The notes below the pieces were generated by a model that had not been told where the DNA came from, did not search any database, and saw only the letters and a list, made by a program, of their open reading frames with translations. DNA of 63,948 bases, counting the filler, from Saprolegnia diclina VS20 (Eukaryota): the NCBI RefSeq assembly GCF_000281045.1. It is 4 parts of 2 records of this genome, joined end to end, with 100 filler letters (N's around TTAATTAATTAA, not from the genome) between each part and the next. Parts side by side here need not be neighbours in the genome. Positions count along the whole stretch, not along the records: positions 27,459 to 57,759 come from NW_008246088.1; positions 57,860 to 63,948 come from NW_008246089.1; 2 more parts are not named here. One strand, written 5' to 3'. The translations under genes were made by a program, and so were the position numbers. The first letter of the stretch is position 1. Each line of letters begins with the position of its first letter. Shown piece after piece: positions 45,913-58,291 of this stretch.

Positions 45913-47517
45913 ATGCCCAAGCCGCGGATCCTCGTGCTCGGCGGCGTCGGCATGATTGGCCGCAACTTTGTCAAGCACTGCGTCGACCACGACCTCTGCA
46001 GCTACATCCGCGTCGCCGACAAGTCGATGCCCGAGATCTCGTACTTCAAGTAAGTCTTCCTCCTTGTTTCTCGACCTCATGAATTGCTGCGAATAGCCCG
46101 AGCCACAAGGCGGCGTTCGCGTCCGACGTTGTCGAGTACGTCCAAGCCGACCTCACGCGCGACGCCCACGTCGAGAAGGCCTTCAAGGCCGAGGTGGGGC
46201 CGTACGACTATGTCTTCAACCTCGCCGGCGAGACCAAGTGCTCGCAGCCCGAAGCCGTGTACAGCGCCAAGGTACACCACGCCTCCGTCTCGTCGCATAT
46301 ACCTTCATGGAATGCTCACAGTGCCGAGACCTCTCGATCAAATGCGGTACGTGGGGCTCGCACCGCGCACCATTTGCATACGAGGCGAGTAGCGGCCAAA
46401 GCTCAGGAGCTCGACGTCAAGATGTTTGTCGAGGTCTCGACCGCGTTCGTGTACAAGTCGCAGACCAAGGCGCCGGCGACCGAAGACGCAGTGCTTGATC
46501 CGTGGACGCTCCAAGCCAAATTCAAGCTCCAAGTACATCGCTCGACCGGTAGTAGGGCTCATCTCTCTGGCACTAGGCAGAGGACGCGCTTCGAGCCATG
46601 ACGGGGCTCAACGTTGTGTTTGTGCGCCCAGCGACCGTACGTGACGGTTGGTCTCTGCTTGCACCTATCGTGACGAGTAGGTCTACGGACCTGGCGACGT
46701 CATGGGGCTCATGCCTCGCATCGTCTGCGCTGCCTCGTACGACATGATGGCATTTTGCGCAACATACTTATTGGGAAGCATAGGTACGTCCAGCTCCAGG
46801 AAAAGATGAAGCTGCTCTGGGACGAAGAGCTGCGCGTCAACACGGTGCGTCAGAGACACTTGGATGGCGATCCTCAGAGACCGAATTAGGTTCATGTGAT
46901 GGACGTGGTGCGGGCGCTCTGGCACGTGGCGACGCATGGTGAGGCGAGTCACGTCTACAACGTCGCCGACAAGAACGACACGAGTACGACACTGTAGCAT
47001 CACAGGCTATGACGCGGTGTGCGTAGACCAAGGCAAGCTCAACGCGCTCCTCGGCCCGCTCTTTGGCATCGACACGGGCTTCATCGGCAAGCTCATCTCG
47101 AACCTCGCGCGTGTACGCCTCGCTCAAACCATCGAATATGGCTTACTTGTACTGGACCCGTAGCTCCGGCTCGGCGACGTCGTCGACGATGTCAACGACA
47201 AGCACATGAAGCCGTGGTCGGACCTCTGCAGCGTACGATGCTCTGGATGCGCCAAGCTGCAACAACGTGCGTAGGTACATGGCGTGACCAACACGCCGCT
47301 GACGCCGTACTTGGACAAGGAGCTGCTCGCGCACCACCAGCTCTACATCAACGGCGCCAAGCTCGAAGCAATTGGGTTCGAGTACATGTACCCACTGGTG
47401 CGCCCATCTCGCCTACGTAGCGCATCCTCTTCATCTGTGTAGCTCACCATCGACGAGCTCCGTGACGTCATTGAGGGCGCGATCGCCCAGCGCATCTTCC
47501 CGCCGATCCTCGCGTGA
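45913..47517 (+). CDS. NAD-dependent epimerase/dehydratase (extended SDR), many exons
   Basis: MPKPRILVLGGVGMIGRNFV, YVFNLAGET, FVEVSTAFVY, VRPATVYGPGD, NTVHVMDV, YNVAD. Confidence 0.88.
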
Positions 47518-48027
47518 GCGGCTGCCAGGGTGCCACGTGGGAAGCTGCAAGCGCCCACCTGGCTCCGCGAAACCATACTTCATATACTACTTGGCGCGCT
47601 TCAACACGGCAAATAGTGTATCAAATCGATTGCAGGCACTCGATGCGCTCGAGCGACGCAGTTGGTTTCATTGCGATGTAGACAACGACTAGATGCTCGT
47701 ACAACCAAGGTGGCGGGGTATCGGTAGGCGTCACGCGCGCGTCGTCGTGCCTGTGTTCATTGCATACACTATTTGCATCCCACCTGTGGAAAAGCATAAT
47801 TGTATAAATGCATACGCTGCGTGTATTTATGAGCTCCGGAAAAAGACCGGGGTCGCACCCACTTGGCGGACTATTTTATAGGTTGATGTTTGTATGACCA
47901 TGCGCTTATTTGAATTAAATTGCGTGGCAATGGGTAGAGGGTCCGCCAGTTGGCGAGACTCATACTGAAACCAAGTGACTTGCGCGACTGAATTGGGCCA
48001 CCTTGGCGGATTCGACCACACGAAGAG

Positions 48028-49630
48028 ATGGCGGCAATGGCGCACAAGGAGGAATGGCCGACGTCGGCCGAGGACTACAACGTCATCGAGAAGATCGGCC
48101 AGGTGCTGCGGCGCTGTGACGCTGGCGGCTCATGGCCATGGCTGTAGGGCGCCTTCGCCAAGGTCATGAAGGCCTACTGCAAGCCCAAGGACGTGTTTGT
48201 CGCGATCAAGATCATGGACCTCGAGAAGATCACGACGAGCTTTGAGGACATCCGGGTACACTACATCAGCGCAAGCCATGGCCAGTGATGCAACGGCGTG
48301 GCGATGCTAGGCCGAAGTCCAGACGATGAAGATGACCAACCACCCGAACGTCCTCAACTGCTATTGCAGGTACGGCCATCCCGCATTCGCCATGTTGGGC
48401 TCACGATACATCGATAGCTTTGTGCACAAGGATCAATTGTGGCTTGTCATGCAGCTCATGAACAAGGGCTCGTGTTTGCATGCCATGAACCAGCTCAAGA
48501 AGAAGTCACTCGGCGAAGGCATGAAGGTACCGGCTCTTGGCCAGTCGATCCCCTTAAGATGTCATGCGCTTCCAGGAGGAACTCCTCGCCGTCATTCTCA
48601 AGGAGACGCTTCAAGGCCTTCAGTACTTTCATGAGAATGGGCAGATCCACCGGTACACGCCCGTGTCCACCTCGAGAAGCACTCATATGTGTTGGATAGC
48701 GACATCAAGGCCGGAAACATTCTCTTGGACAGCAATGGCCACGTCGTGATTGCTGACTTTGGCGTCTCGGGCTGGATGATGGAAGGCGGCGATCGTCGCA
48801 AGAACCGCCAGGTGGATGCGCCGTGCTCGACCTCGTCCTGAACGCACTCCTGTCCTAGACGTTTGTGGGTACGCCGTGCTGGATGGCGCCAGAAGTCATG
48901 GAGCAAGTGCGCGGCTACGACTACAAGGCCGACATTTGGTCGTTTGGTATCACTGCCCTCGAGCTCGCCAAGGGCTACGCGCCGTACGCCCGGTACCAGC
49001 CCATGAAGGTACTACTACGTCTTGTCGATCGACGCAGCTTCTTACATTCGCCACACCAGGTGCTGTTGCTGACGCTGCAGGAAGACCCGCCGTCGCTCCG
49101 AACCTATGACGTACGCGCGTCACTCGTCGACGACGATTGGACTCATTCTCTTGTAGGACGATGGCACGGGGCATCAGTTTTCGCGTCATTTCAAGGACAT
49201 GGTGCGTCTTTGCTTACAGAAGGACCCGGCCAAGCGGTACGACGACCGTCCCTTGGATGGCCCTATGGACACGTTGACTAGGCCGTCGACGTCGACGCTC
49301 CTCAAGCACCATTTTTTTAAGAAGGCGGGCACGTGCCCGTTTCTGGCGGCCGAGCTGCTCTCCAAGGTCGACGACATTGGCGAGAGCTCAATGAGCGCGC
49401 AGTCGCTCCCAGGGTACTACAGTTGGCGTGCGTATTCCTCTTGATATATGATGTTTAGGTCGGGCCCGCTCTACTCCAAGGAGAGCGCGGATGAAGCCAA
49501 GTACGTGCCGGGCACGACGTGGGTCTTTGACGACGAAGACGACAAGCCAAAGGGCGCCGTTGACGATGACATGGACGACTTTGCGTCCCAGTTTGACAAG
49601 GTCAGCGGCGAGACGTACCGGAAAGACTAG
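48028..49630 (+). CDS. STE20-family OSR1/SPAK (Fray)-like Ser/Thr kinase, many exons
   Basis: [79 protein letters not shown]. Confidence 0.9.
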
Positions 49631-50659
49631 TCGACGCAAATAGTTCAAGTAACCCAATATGGACACATGAGTTTCTACTTGCGAGTTGTGTGCACATGCC
49701 CTGCACGTTTTCACGGCTGTTGAACATCATGAGAGTTCGGTTGACATCTCTATCGTCAGCCCGAGGATTAGGGTCGCTTTGCTTGGAGTTGTTGGAGGCG
49801 GTGCGATGCATCATTGGCAGCACGATGACAGGAATTAAATTCGAATTACATTTTAGTTGATGCGGAGCGACTAAGATTTAGTCAATTCAATACGGAATGT
49901 CGGCACCGCCGGACAGACAACTGCAGGCACCATTTTAGTACTTCTACAGTCCCCTGGGCGACGTCGCGAGAGCAGCGATGAGCTGACACTGCGCAAGCGA
50001 CGTCGGCGATGCCAAGTTGGTTTTGTGCTTGCTTGACCCTGCCACTCCACAGTACTTTGGACAGTGACAGTAACGCCTATACAAGCACGGTCTCTCGACT
50101 GCTCTACTCTTCTTCTACTTGCTTAGTCGTCATCGGTCCTATTTGCAAATGAGAATCTCAATGAGAAATCCGGACAAACGATTGGCTGCGGCGTTGCCTC
50201 TCAATCTCAATGTGCAAAATGCATTCTCAGAGGTTTTCAACCGTCGATGATCCGGATACTAGGTTACGTATCCGGATGATCTCGCAACAAGAATGTTGGT
50301 AGACAGGACACGAGCCAAAAATGTTGAAATTTTCTCGGTCGCTTCATGGAGCCTCCACCTCGGACAAAGCGACTACGACTACAGCTACTAGTACCTACTA
50401 GTACAACTACGGAATAGCTCCACCCCATTCGAGGGGCACAGCCGGAACGAGCTTAAATGTTAGAGCCCGAATCGAGTCGAGCACAATTGTCTTGCGCAAG
50501 AATCGAGTCTATTAGCACAAGACCACATCGCGTAGACGGGCGAAGCGCGATGTTGGTTCTCTTTCATGGGGATCTGGGCACAGACATGCTCTGCATGTGG
50601 CAGCAGCAGTGGCATTGGCATATTCATACTCGATGTTAATATATAGAGACGTGGTGCGG

Positions 50660-53276
50660 CTAGACTGCCCGCTCGGGCTGCCGCAGTCGTTCTTGTCCGC
50701 AGTTGGTCTTGGACGCGTTGACCGCGAGCATACCGCACGCATTCGCAGCGCGTCGAATGTGGCGCGAGACCGGCGGCACGACGAGCAACACGAGCGCGAG
50801 GACGTTGAGGACGACGCAGCTGACAAACCCGAGCAGGTTCAGCGGCGTTTTCAGCACAATAAAGTACACGTGGCGGCGCGCCATGCCACTGCGCGACTCG
50901 ATGCGGTCCAAGAGCGCGTGGCCGGCCTCGCGCGGACTGAGTGAGTTGGCAAAATACAGATCCATGTCGGCCACGCCGTCCGCGAGCTGGAGGGCGCTTT
51001 GGAGCGCAAGTAGCGACACGGGCAACAGCAAGAGATGGACGACGAGGAACGCTAGGCTCACAGGAATGTTGATGACGCCATACGCCAAGAGGACGGGCGC
51101 AAACTGTGCCTTCCACGCCTCGTCGTCGGCCGTCGGCGCCTTGTCCGCGACCGGGTGCTGCGGGAGGTCGCGGGCGACAGCCGACGCCGCCATCGGCGCC
51201 GTCTTGGGCGACGCCAGACGCGTGTACGTCACGGGCGGCAGCACCTCGTTGGTGTTGTTGGTGTTGTCATGGGTGCTACTTGACGAGGCCGAGGCCGAAA
51301 GCACCGTGGTCGATGTTGGCGCAGGTGGCGGTACACCATCCTTCTTCTCGGGCACGTGGTCCATGGCCGCTTCGTCTTCGTCGTTAAAGTCGTCGTCGTT
51401 GAGGTCCTCAAAGGACTCGCCGGCTTCCGCCCACTTGATCTTGTTGAGGTCGATGGGCGTTTCCAGGACGATACTCGACACTTGGCGCTCAAACTTGGCG
51501 AGGTTGATGCGCTGCTTCTTCTTCTCGGGCACGCCAAGCATGTACAAGACGTCTTCGTCGTCCTTCTTTTGCTTTTGCCGGAGCAGCGTGCGTGTGCTCT
51601 GAATGTCAAACCGGTTGGACGTGATCGCCGCCGACCGCTCAAAGGTGGCGCCGTCCGACGACGTGTAGACCACAATCTGCACAACGTAGTTGAGGTCGTC
51701 GCTGTCGTTGTCGTCGACGCGGCGCTTCTTGGGCAGCTCCGCGTCAAACTTCCACACCTCAGGTAGAAAGTACACGTTGGTCGTCGACGGACTCATGTCG
51801 CTGGTTGCACCCAACGTCCACGACTGCTGGAGCGCATGGACACCGGCGCTCGAGAGCGACAGCGGCGCGTCCGCATCGACGGGCTTGGCGACTGTCTGGC
51901 AGCGCGCGAGCACGAGGAGGTGGGCGGGCGGCGCCGGGTGCGACACGCGGACCTTGACCGGCGCGCGACACACGCCCTTCCCTGCATGTTCGAGGCCGTG
52001 CATCTTGGCTTCGTAGTAGTTGCCGTGCTCGCGGCAGTACGGAAAGCACTGGAGGTTCTTGCGGTCGTTGCGGAAGTACTTGCGCAGAAAGACCGTCTCG
52101 AGCACGACGCTGACCTGCGGGTCAAACTCCGAGAGCTGCCCGCCGGCGTTCTGGAACGTGTCGAGGAGCTCGAACGACGAGCTCGCGTGGAGGAGGCGCG
52201 AGAGCGAGTCGCGCGCTTCGAGCGAGTGCGACAGCGTCTCAAAGAGCTGCGGGTTGTCCAAGTGCATGGGCGACAGCGTCTTCCCGGCGGCGTTGGCGGT
52301 CGCATTGAGGAGCGTCGAGAGAACATCGTCGTCAGGTAGTGACGACGACGACATGTGGTAGATCGGGACGGGCTCCTCCTTGATCGCGATCGAGTCAACG
52401 TCCTCCATGTGTTGCTGGACTTCAAACGACGACATGGAGAGGTACGGGACGCGGCCCATGGTGGTCGTCGGTTGCTTCGGCTCGTGGTGCACTTCGGGCG
52501 ACGCAAAGGTAAAGTCGTCGTCCGTCATGAAGTCCTCCAAGGCTTGGTTGCTCGGGTCGGCCTCGCCGTCCGTCTCGTCCTTGATCTCGTAGCTCATTGG
52601 CACGACGAGGCGCGGCGCCACGTCGTTGCACTTGCACATCTTCTTGGTCCATGCGAGACCGAGCGAGTTGGTGTACTGGTCGCAGCTCGGGCAAAAGTTG
52701 GCGTACTTGACGTACTTTTCCGGGACATTCTCCTTGAGGTACGCATCGTACGCGCGCGCGGCCTCTTCCTGCGTCCGGCACGTGTTGATGATGCGCTTCG
52801 AGCTGTACTTGGCGCCCCACGCGGTCTTGCTCGTGCGCGTCACGCCACGGTACAGCGAGGTCTACACTCCGATCTTAGCCGTCGAGTTCATGCGCCATCG
52901 TGCTACTACCTTGCCGTTGGTCATCATGCCGTCGTTCATGGTCTGGTGCGGCCTCTTGCTCGCCGGGTTGCTGCTCGTGGTCGAGGATGCGGTCGAGGAT
53001 GGGCTCCAGCGACCGGCGTCTGACGTCGTCGTCGTCGTCGCCGAGTAGTCGCTTTCTTCGGACGTGTAGCCGGCTAGTGACGGTGATTCGGGATACGTCG
53101 GTGGTCGCGGCACGTGGATCGTCGTCGATGTGCTCGTGTCCTGCTTGGGAAAGATGCCTACAGACGCACCATGAGCACACAGGCCGCCACGTCATGAGAT
53201 TGCCGTTGAAGAAGTCGGGGTCGTAGTCGAACTCGTCGAGCTCCTCGAGGTTCTGTGTCTCGAGCTGGTTGTTCAT
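50660..53276 (-). CDS. AP2-domain transcription factor with central conserved domain and C-terminal multi-TM region
   Basis: Intron 52862-52909 joins TNGK|TSLYRGVTRTSKTAWGAKY...TQEEAARAYDAYL (AP2 signature), followed by CxxC..CxC. Central globular domain, basic NLS-like KKRR/KKKQR, and C-terminal hydrophobic helices. First exon (ATG 53276) is less certain. Confidence 0.78.
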
Positions 53277-53794
53277 CGCTCGGGTCTTGCAAAGTACGTG
53301 CCGCTTGATGGCGGCGGCTAGCATCAACTCTCGCAGGTTGCCCGCCTTCTATTCGCGCTTTGTATGCATCTCCAGTGTCCAACAGGCGCCGGCTCTGTCA
53401 GACGCTGGAAGAACCTCTGGCATTTTATACTTGCTGGGACACGGCACTGGCTTCTCTACGTGCCATCTGATCGGCGGCCTGGCTCTTCCGTGCACGCCGC
53501 CATCGTCGGCGCCAGCGCGCAGCAACAAGGCCATTATTGGTAGCGGTGCATGTACGGGCGCCGATTCTGCGACATTGCATCGCCATCGAGAGGCATGCCC
53601 ATGTAGTGCGCTGTATGACTGTGAGGCACTGGCCTCCGTGGGCATGCACAGCCCTGCAGCCTGGAGACGACGACAGTGGAGCGGAGATTCGCTTGCGGTG
53701 GAAAAGCGCAGAGCTCGTCTCAAGGCTGGCTTCAGTTATCGTGGAGGTCTATTTTAAGGCAAAGAGATGTCACCGGGCTTGATCAATCGCCAAG

Positions 53795-55891
53795 ATGACA
53801 GACATTAGCGCGAGTGTCGTGGGGCCGCTCTGGCAGGCGCAGCGCGTCTCGTCCTTCCAGAACCTCACGCGCAGCCTCGACCGGCAGACGACCACGATGC
53901 GCGTGCTCTGGGTCGCGGCGGCACTCATGCATGTCATCGCCGGCGCCTTTCTCGGTGGCATGGCGTTTGGCCACTTTTACTTGACGCAGCCGTCGCTCGG
54001 CTACGACTATGTGACGGTGCTGCACCTCTACCGCCCCGTGCTCACGACGGTGGTCACCTTTGGTGCACTCGCGACCCTCCACGGTCTTCGCTTGCTGCAC
54101 ATGCTGCTCCGCGCGCTCAAGCCGCCGCACCGCATCGCCACCTCGAGCAAGAGCTCGAACTCACGCAGCTCGGAGACGGGCGGGTTGCAGCACATTGTGC
54201 GCTCGGGGTGGCGGCACCTCCGGCTCATCGGCGTCCATGGCCCGTACTTTGAAGTCAAGGTGGCTTTTCGGCACCTCTTGGTGTCGAGCACGAACACGTA
54301 CCGCGCGTACCGGACCGCGCTCCTCGTGGGCGACCCGGCCATCAACACAACCGTCTCGGTCGTCTTGTGTCTCTACGGGCTGGGCCTTCCGCTCCTATGG
54401 ATAGCGACACAACGCACGTCGAAAGCGAGCCGGCGGCTCTGGACGAGCCTCGTGCACGTGGCTCTGAACTTTGGCATGAACATCCTACTGCCCATGTGGG
54501 TACTCGCGCCGTACGTTGACTTTTTCATTCGACCCGACGCGCTCGAGCTGCAGTACCAAGACACGTACTACCCGATTGGCATTGCGATCTGCCAGACGGT
54601 CCTCATCACGTCGCTTCTGGACTATGGGCTCATGGTCTTTACGCAGCTCTTCCTCTTCTCGGCGCTCTACGACTTTGTCGCGTGCTTTTGCAGCAAGCGG
54701 CGGCTCACAGCAAGCGAGCTTGTCGCGGACGAAGCCCACCTCCGCGAGGCGCTCAACGTTGTCCGCGGCCGCCTCCTCTCGGTGAGCCTCAATGCGAAAA
54801 GGCGGCTCGTGCCAACTCGCAAAATTGGCTTTTTCCCGCGCCAAGCCACCGCAGTTGTTGCGTTTGATGTCACGTCGGCCATCTTTCGCAAGTCGACGCG
54901 CAAGCATTCGTCGTATATGACGCTCTGTCTTGGTTACAGCATCCTCGTGGGGTATCTGCTCACGATTGTGTGGGGCCTTGCGATCCTCGGCCTCAACTTT
55001 GTGCCGTGGTACGACGTCCATTGCCCGCGGAGCTGCCTCGCGCGCACGCGGCCGTGGTTTAGCCGCACGTGCGCGTGCTTGACGCTCGAGGCGACGTGCG
55101 ATCCGGCTTCGAATATGCTCGACCTCGACTTTGCCGTTGTGAGTCCGACGTCCGTGGTGTTTCTCATCATCTCGCACTGCCCGCAGCTTTCGATTCCAAC
55201 CAAAGTGTCGAGCTTGCTCAACCTTGTCGGGCTCTTGATATACAACTCGACGTTGACGACGTGGCCCGAGAACGTGAGTGTGACGCAGTTCAAGCGCTTT
55301 TCGTACGCGATGATCGTGAGCACCAACATGACGACGCTGCCGCTCGGGCTCCTCACGGCGCCGTCGAGCTCGTTCATTGACTTGGAGGTATCGCACTCGA
55401 ACCTCCACGACCTCGGGCTCGGAGTGAGCTACTTTGAGACGCTCTCGGTTGTCTACCTCGAGCACTGCGCATTTCGCGAGTACCCGGCTGAGCTCGTGGT
55501 GCATGCGAGCTTGAGCGGATTCTCGCTCGTGCACAATCTGCTCACTTCTATTCCAGACAATCTGTCCTTTCCGGCCTTGATGTACCTCGGCGTCTCGGGC
55601 AACGCGATGCTTGGCGACTTGCCCGACGTAATCTTCAACCAATCCTCGTTGTCGCAAGTCGCTTTGGAGGCCACGAACGTGACGCGCCTTCCGTCACCCA
55701 CCGTATTTGGTCCCAACCTCAGTGTGCTGGCGATGAGCGGCACGCCCTACTGTCTCCGAAATGACACAGCACCGAAGGACGAGGGCATTGTTGTCTGTGA
55801 CGTCGGAGATTACGTCGACGGCTACTTTCCCTTTGCCCAGATTGTCGCCCAGCGCGCAGCGACTTTCGATTTTTTGTACTATGAGGGATAA
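53795..55891 (+). CDS. Multi-pass (~6-7 TM) membrane protein with C-terminal Cys-capped LRR domain, paralog 1
   Basis: Several hydrophobic helices. Cys cap CPRSCLARTRPWFSRTCAC. LRRs (FLIISHCPQLSIP, LEVSHSNLHDL, FSLVHNLLTSIP). C-cap GTPYC. Confidence 0.85.
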   Translation: MTDISASVVGPLWQAQRVSSFQNLTRSLDRQTTTMRVLWVAAALMHVIAGAFLGGMAFGHFYLTQPSLGYDYVTVLHLYRPVLTTVVTFGALATLHGLRLLHMLLRALKPPHRIATSSKSSNSRSSETGGLQHIVRSGWRHLRLIGVHGPYFEVKVAFRHLLVSSTNTYRAYRTALLVGDPAINTTVSVVLCLYGLGLPLLWIATQRTSKASRRLWTSLVHVALNFGMNILLPMWVLAPYVDFFIRPDALELQYQDTYYPIGIAICQTVLITSLLDYGLMVFTQLFLFSALYDFVACFCSKRRLTASELVADEAHLREALNVVRGRLLSVSLNAKRRLVPTRKIGFFPRQATAVVAFDVTSAIFRKSTRKHSSYMTLCLGYSILVGYLLTIVWGLAILGLNFVPWYDVHCPRSCLARTRPWFSRTCACLTLEATCDPASNMLDLDFAVVSPTSVVFLIISHCPQLSIPTKVSSLLNLVGLLIYNSTLTTWPENVSVTQFKRFSYAMIVSTNMTTLPLGLLTAPSSSFIDLEVSHSNLHDLGLGVSYFETLSVVYLEHCAFREYPAELVVHASLSGFSLVHNLLTSIPDNLSFPALMYLGVSGNAMLGDLPDVIFNQSSLSQVALEATNVTRLPSPTVFGPNLSVLAMSGTPYCLRNDTAPKDEGIVVCDVGDYVDGYFPFAQIVAQRAATFDFLYYEG

Positions 55892-56264
55892 CTAGTCACG
55901 ATCGACTACTCCTCTAGTCGACGCTATCTCTCTGCATCTGTAGTCGTTTCGAACGGTACGCGTGTGGTCGCGTCAAACGCCGGTGCCACGTGGGTAGAGC
56001 TATCGATGACTCATCTCATATGTCACATGCGTTCTACAATGCCATTCCCACCGACAGGACCTAAGTCGACCATTGTCTCGTGCTCTGGTCATGTCTAGTA
56101 CTTTACTAAACGCTTGGGTGACCGAGTCGACAGTGGCGTCGTCACGGTTAGGTCCATCGGTTGGGCCTGAGATGGGCGCCAGTGAAATGCCAATTTAGTT
56201 GGTTAATGTGCTATTTCCAGCTCGATGAGAGCAGTCGTTGGTTGTACACAGCATTTCGCCCACG

Positions 56265-57759
56265 ATGGTCAAGTGGAACAAGGTCGTGGTCGCGACGTCG
56301 CCCGACGACGTTCCGCCCACGCCCGGCGAAGGCCCACGTCCACCGCTCCCGAGCGAGCCGCGTACGCATGCCTTGCCCAAGCGCTTCTTTCGGCTCGTCA
56401 TCTTTTGCATGCATCTCTCGGGCGCGGGCTTCCTTGCGTTCATGGGCTACGGTCACTGGTACCTGACGCAGACGGCCGGCGGCTACGACTACGCCACAGT
56501 GCTGCGGCTCTTCCAGCCCGTGACCACGTCGGTCACAGTCTTTGCAGCCCTCGCGTCGCTCCACGCACTCTACATCTTGCGCTTGTTGTTTCGCTGCGCT
56601 AAGCGACGGCCGTCGTTCAAGCAGTACACGGTCGAGGCGCCGCCGCCGTCCTCGAATCGCTGCGTGCGATGGCTCAATGAGCTGCGCGAGGTGCATCGTA
56701 GCTTCCGCGTCGACGGCCCCAACTACGAATACAAGCTCGCGACCAAGCACGTGGTCGTTGCCGTCTCGCAGACGTACCGCGCGTACTCGACGAGCGCGCT
56801 TGTCGGCGTGAGCTCGATCAACGCAGTGTTTTCGTGCCTCCTCTTCGCCTACGGCGTCGTCGTGCCCGGCCTCTGGCGGTACACGCACATGCCCAAGCAG
56901 GCGCGCCGTCAGTATACGCTCATTGCTACGATCGCCATCAACTATGCAGCCAACATCCTGCTCCCGACGTGGATCCTTGCCCCGTATTACGACTACTTCA
57001 CGCGGCCCGACGCTGGCACGCTCGCGTACGGCGACACGTTCTATCCCATCGGCGTCTCGGTGTGTCAAAGCATCCTCGCGACTTCAGCGCTCGACTTGGT
57101 CCTTTCGTGCATCACGCATGTGTTCCTTATGACGGCCATGTCGGACTTTCTCCGCAGCTTGGAACTGCCGCCGTCGACGCGCCGCGTCTCGTCGTCCGTT
57201 GCCAGCGGATCACTTCCGAGCAAGTGCCGTATGACGCTGACGCACCTTGTGCACCGCGCGGTCTTTGCGGGGTATGTGTTTAGTGTGCTGTGGGCGCTCG
57301 GGATGATCGTCCTCAACTACACGGCGTGGGCGCATCCGCCGTGCACGCGCGGGTGCCTCGCGCAGACCTACCCCTGGCTCACCGGCAAGTGCGCGTGCAC
57401 TGTCCTCGAGACGACGTGCGACAGCGTCAACGGTACGCTCTTGCTGCCACCGACCGACAGCCTCGAAGTCCGGTCGCTCGTCTTTCTCATCATCTCGCAC
57501 TGCCCGCACCTTGTCATGCCACCGTCGCTGCAGGCGTTTACAAACCTCATTGGCCTCGAGATCTTCAATTCGACGCTGCTCTCGTGGGATGCGACGGCCA
57601 ACATTGCGCCTTTGACGCGCTTCTCGTACGCGCAAATGGTCCGCACCAACATGACCGACTTGCCGCTCGGGCTCTTTGTCGACGCGCCGTCGACGTTCAT
57701 CGACCTCGAGATTTCCGAGACGAATTTGCACCAGATCTCGCTCGACCCGAACCTCTTGA
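56265..57759 (+). CDS. Multi-pass TM-LRR protein, paralog 2 (3' truncated by linker)
   Basis: Collinear with paralog 1 (GYDYATVL, TYRAY, ILLPTWILAPY, FLIISHCPHL, TNMTDLPLGL). Confidence 0.85.
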
Positions 57760-57859
57760 NNNNNNNNNNNNNNNNNNNNNNNNNNNNNNNNNNNNNNNNN
57801 NNNTTAATTAATTAANNNNNNNNNNNNNNNNNNNNNNNNNNNNNNNNNNNNNNNNNNNN
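57760..57859. other. Artificial assembly linker N44-TTAATTAATTAA-N44
   Basis: Same linker as at 17887. Confidence 0.95.
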
Positions 57860-58291
57860 CATGGCGGCGGCAAGCAGCAGTAGCTTCATGTGCAAGGTCG
57901 TCGACGTTCGAGTGTATGGTACACTTCGCTTGAAAGATCGCGTCGGTTGGTATCAGTCGCATCGACGTGCGTCAGTCGGGGAATTGTCGCGTGGGGGCTG
58001 TTGGCTTGGCCGATCATTTTAGTTGCGGTCCATGGAAGTCTCCAGCGCCAACCGAGCCAGCACCATCGACCGGCGCCGACTTGGTCGAAGGTCCTCGTAT
58101 GACGCTGACAGAGCAGCCTCTTTGCTAGATGAACGTAGCAAGTGTGGACGAGCTGCGTCAAAGTCATTTCTACTTTGCTAAGAAATGAGTTTAAATTTGG
58201 TTTCGCCCATTTCTATTCAATCCTTTCTAGAGAAAAAACACGAAATTTTGCTCTGTACACGGTATACAATGTATATTGGCCAAGCTTTGGC

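Noticed and set aside
57860..58100. Possible 3' exons of an unknown gene after the linker
   Set aside because: Too short and truncated. No recognisable motif to support a call.
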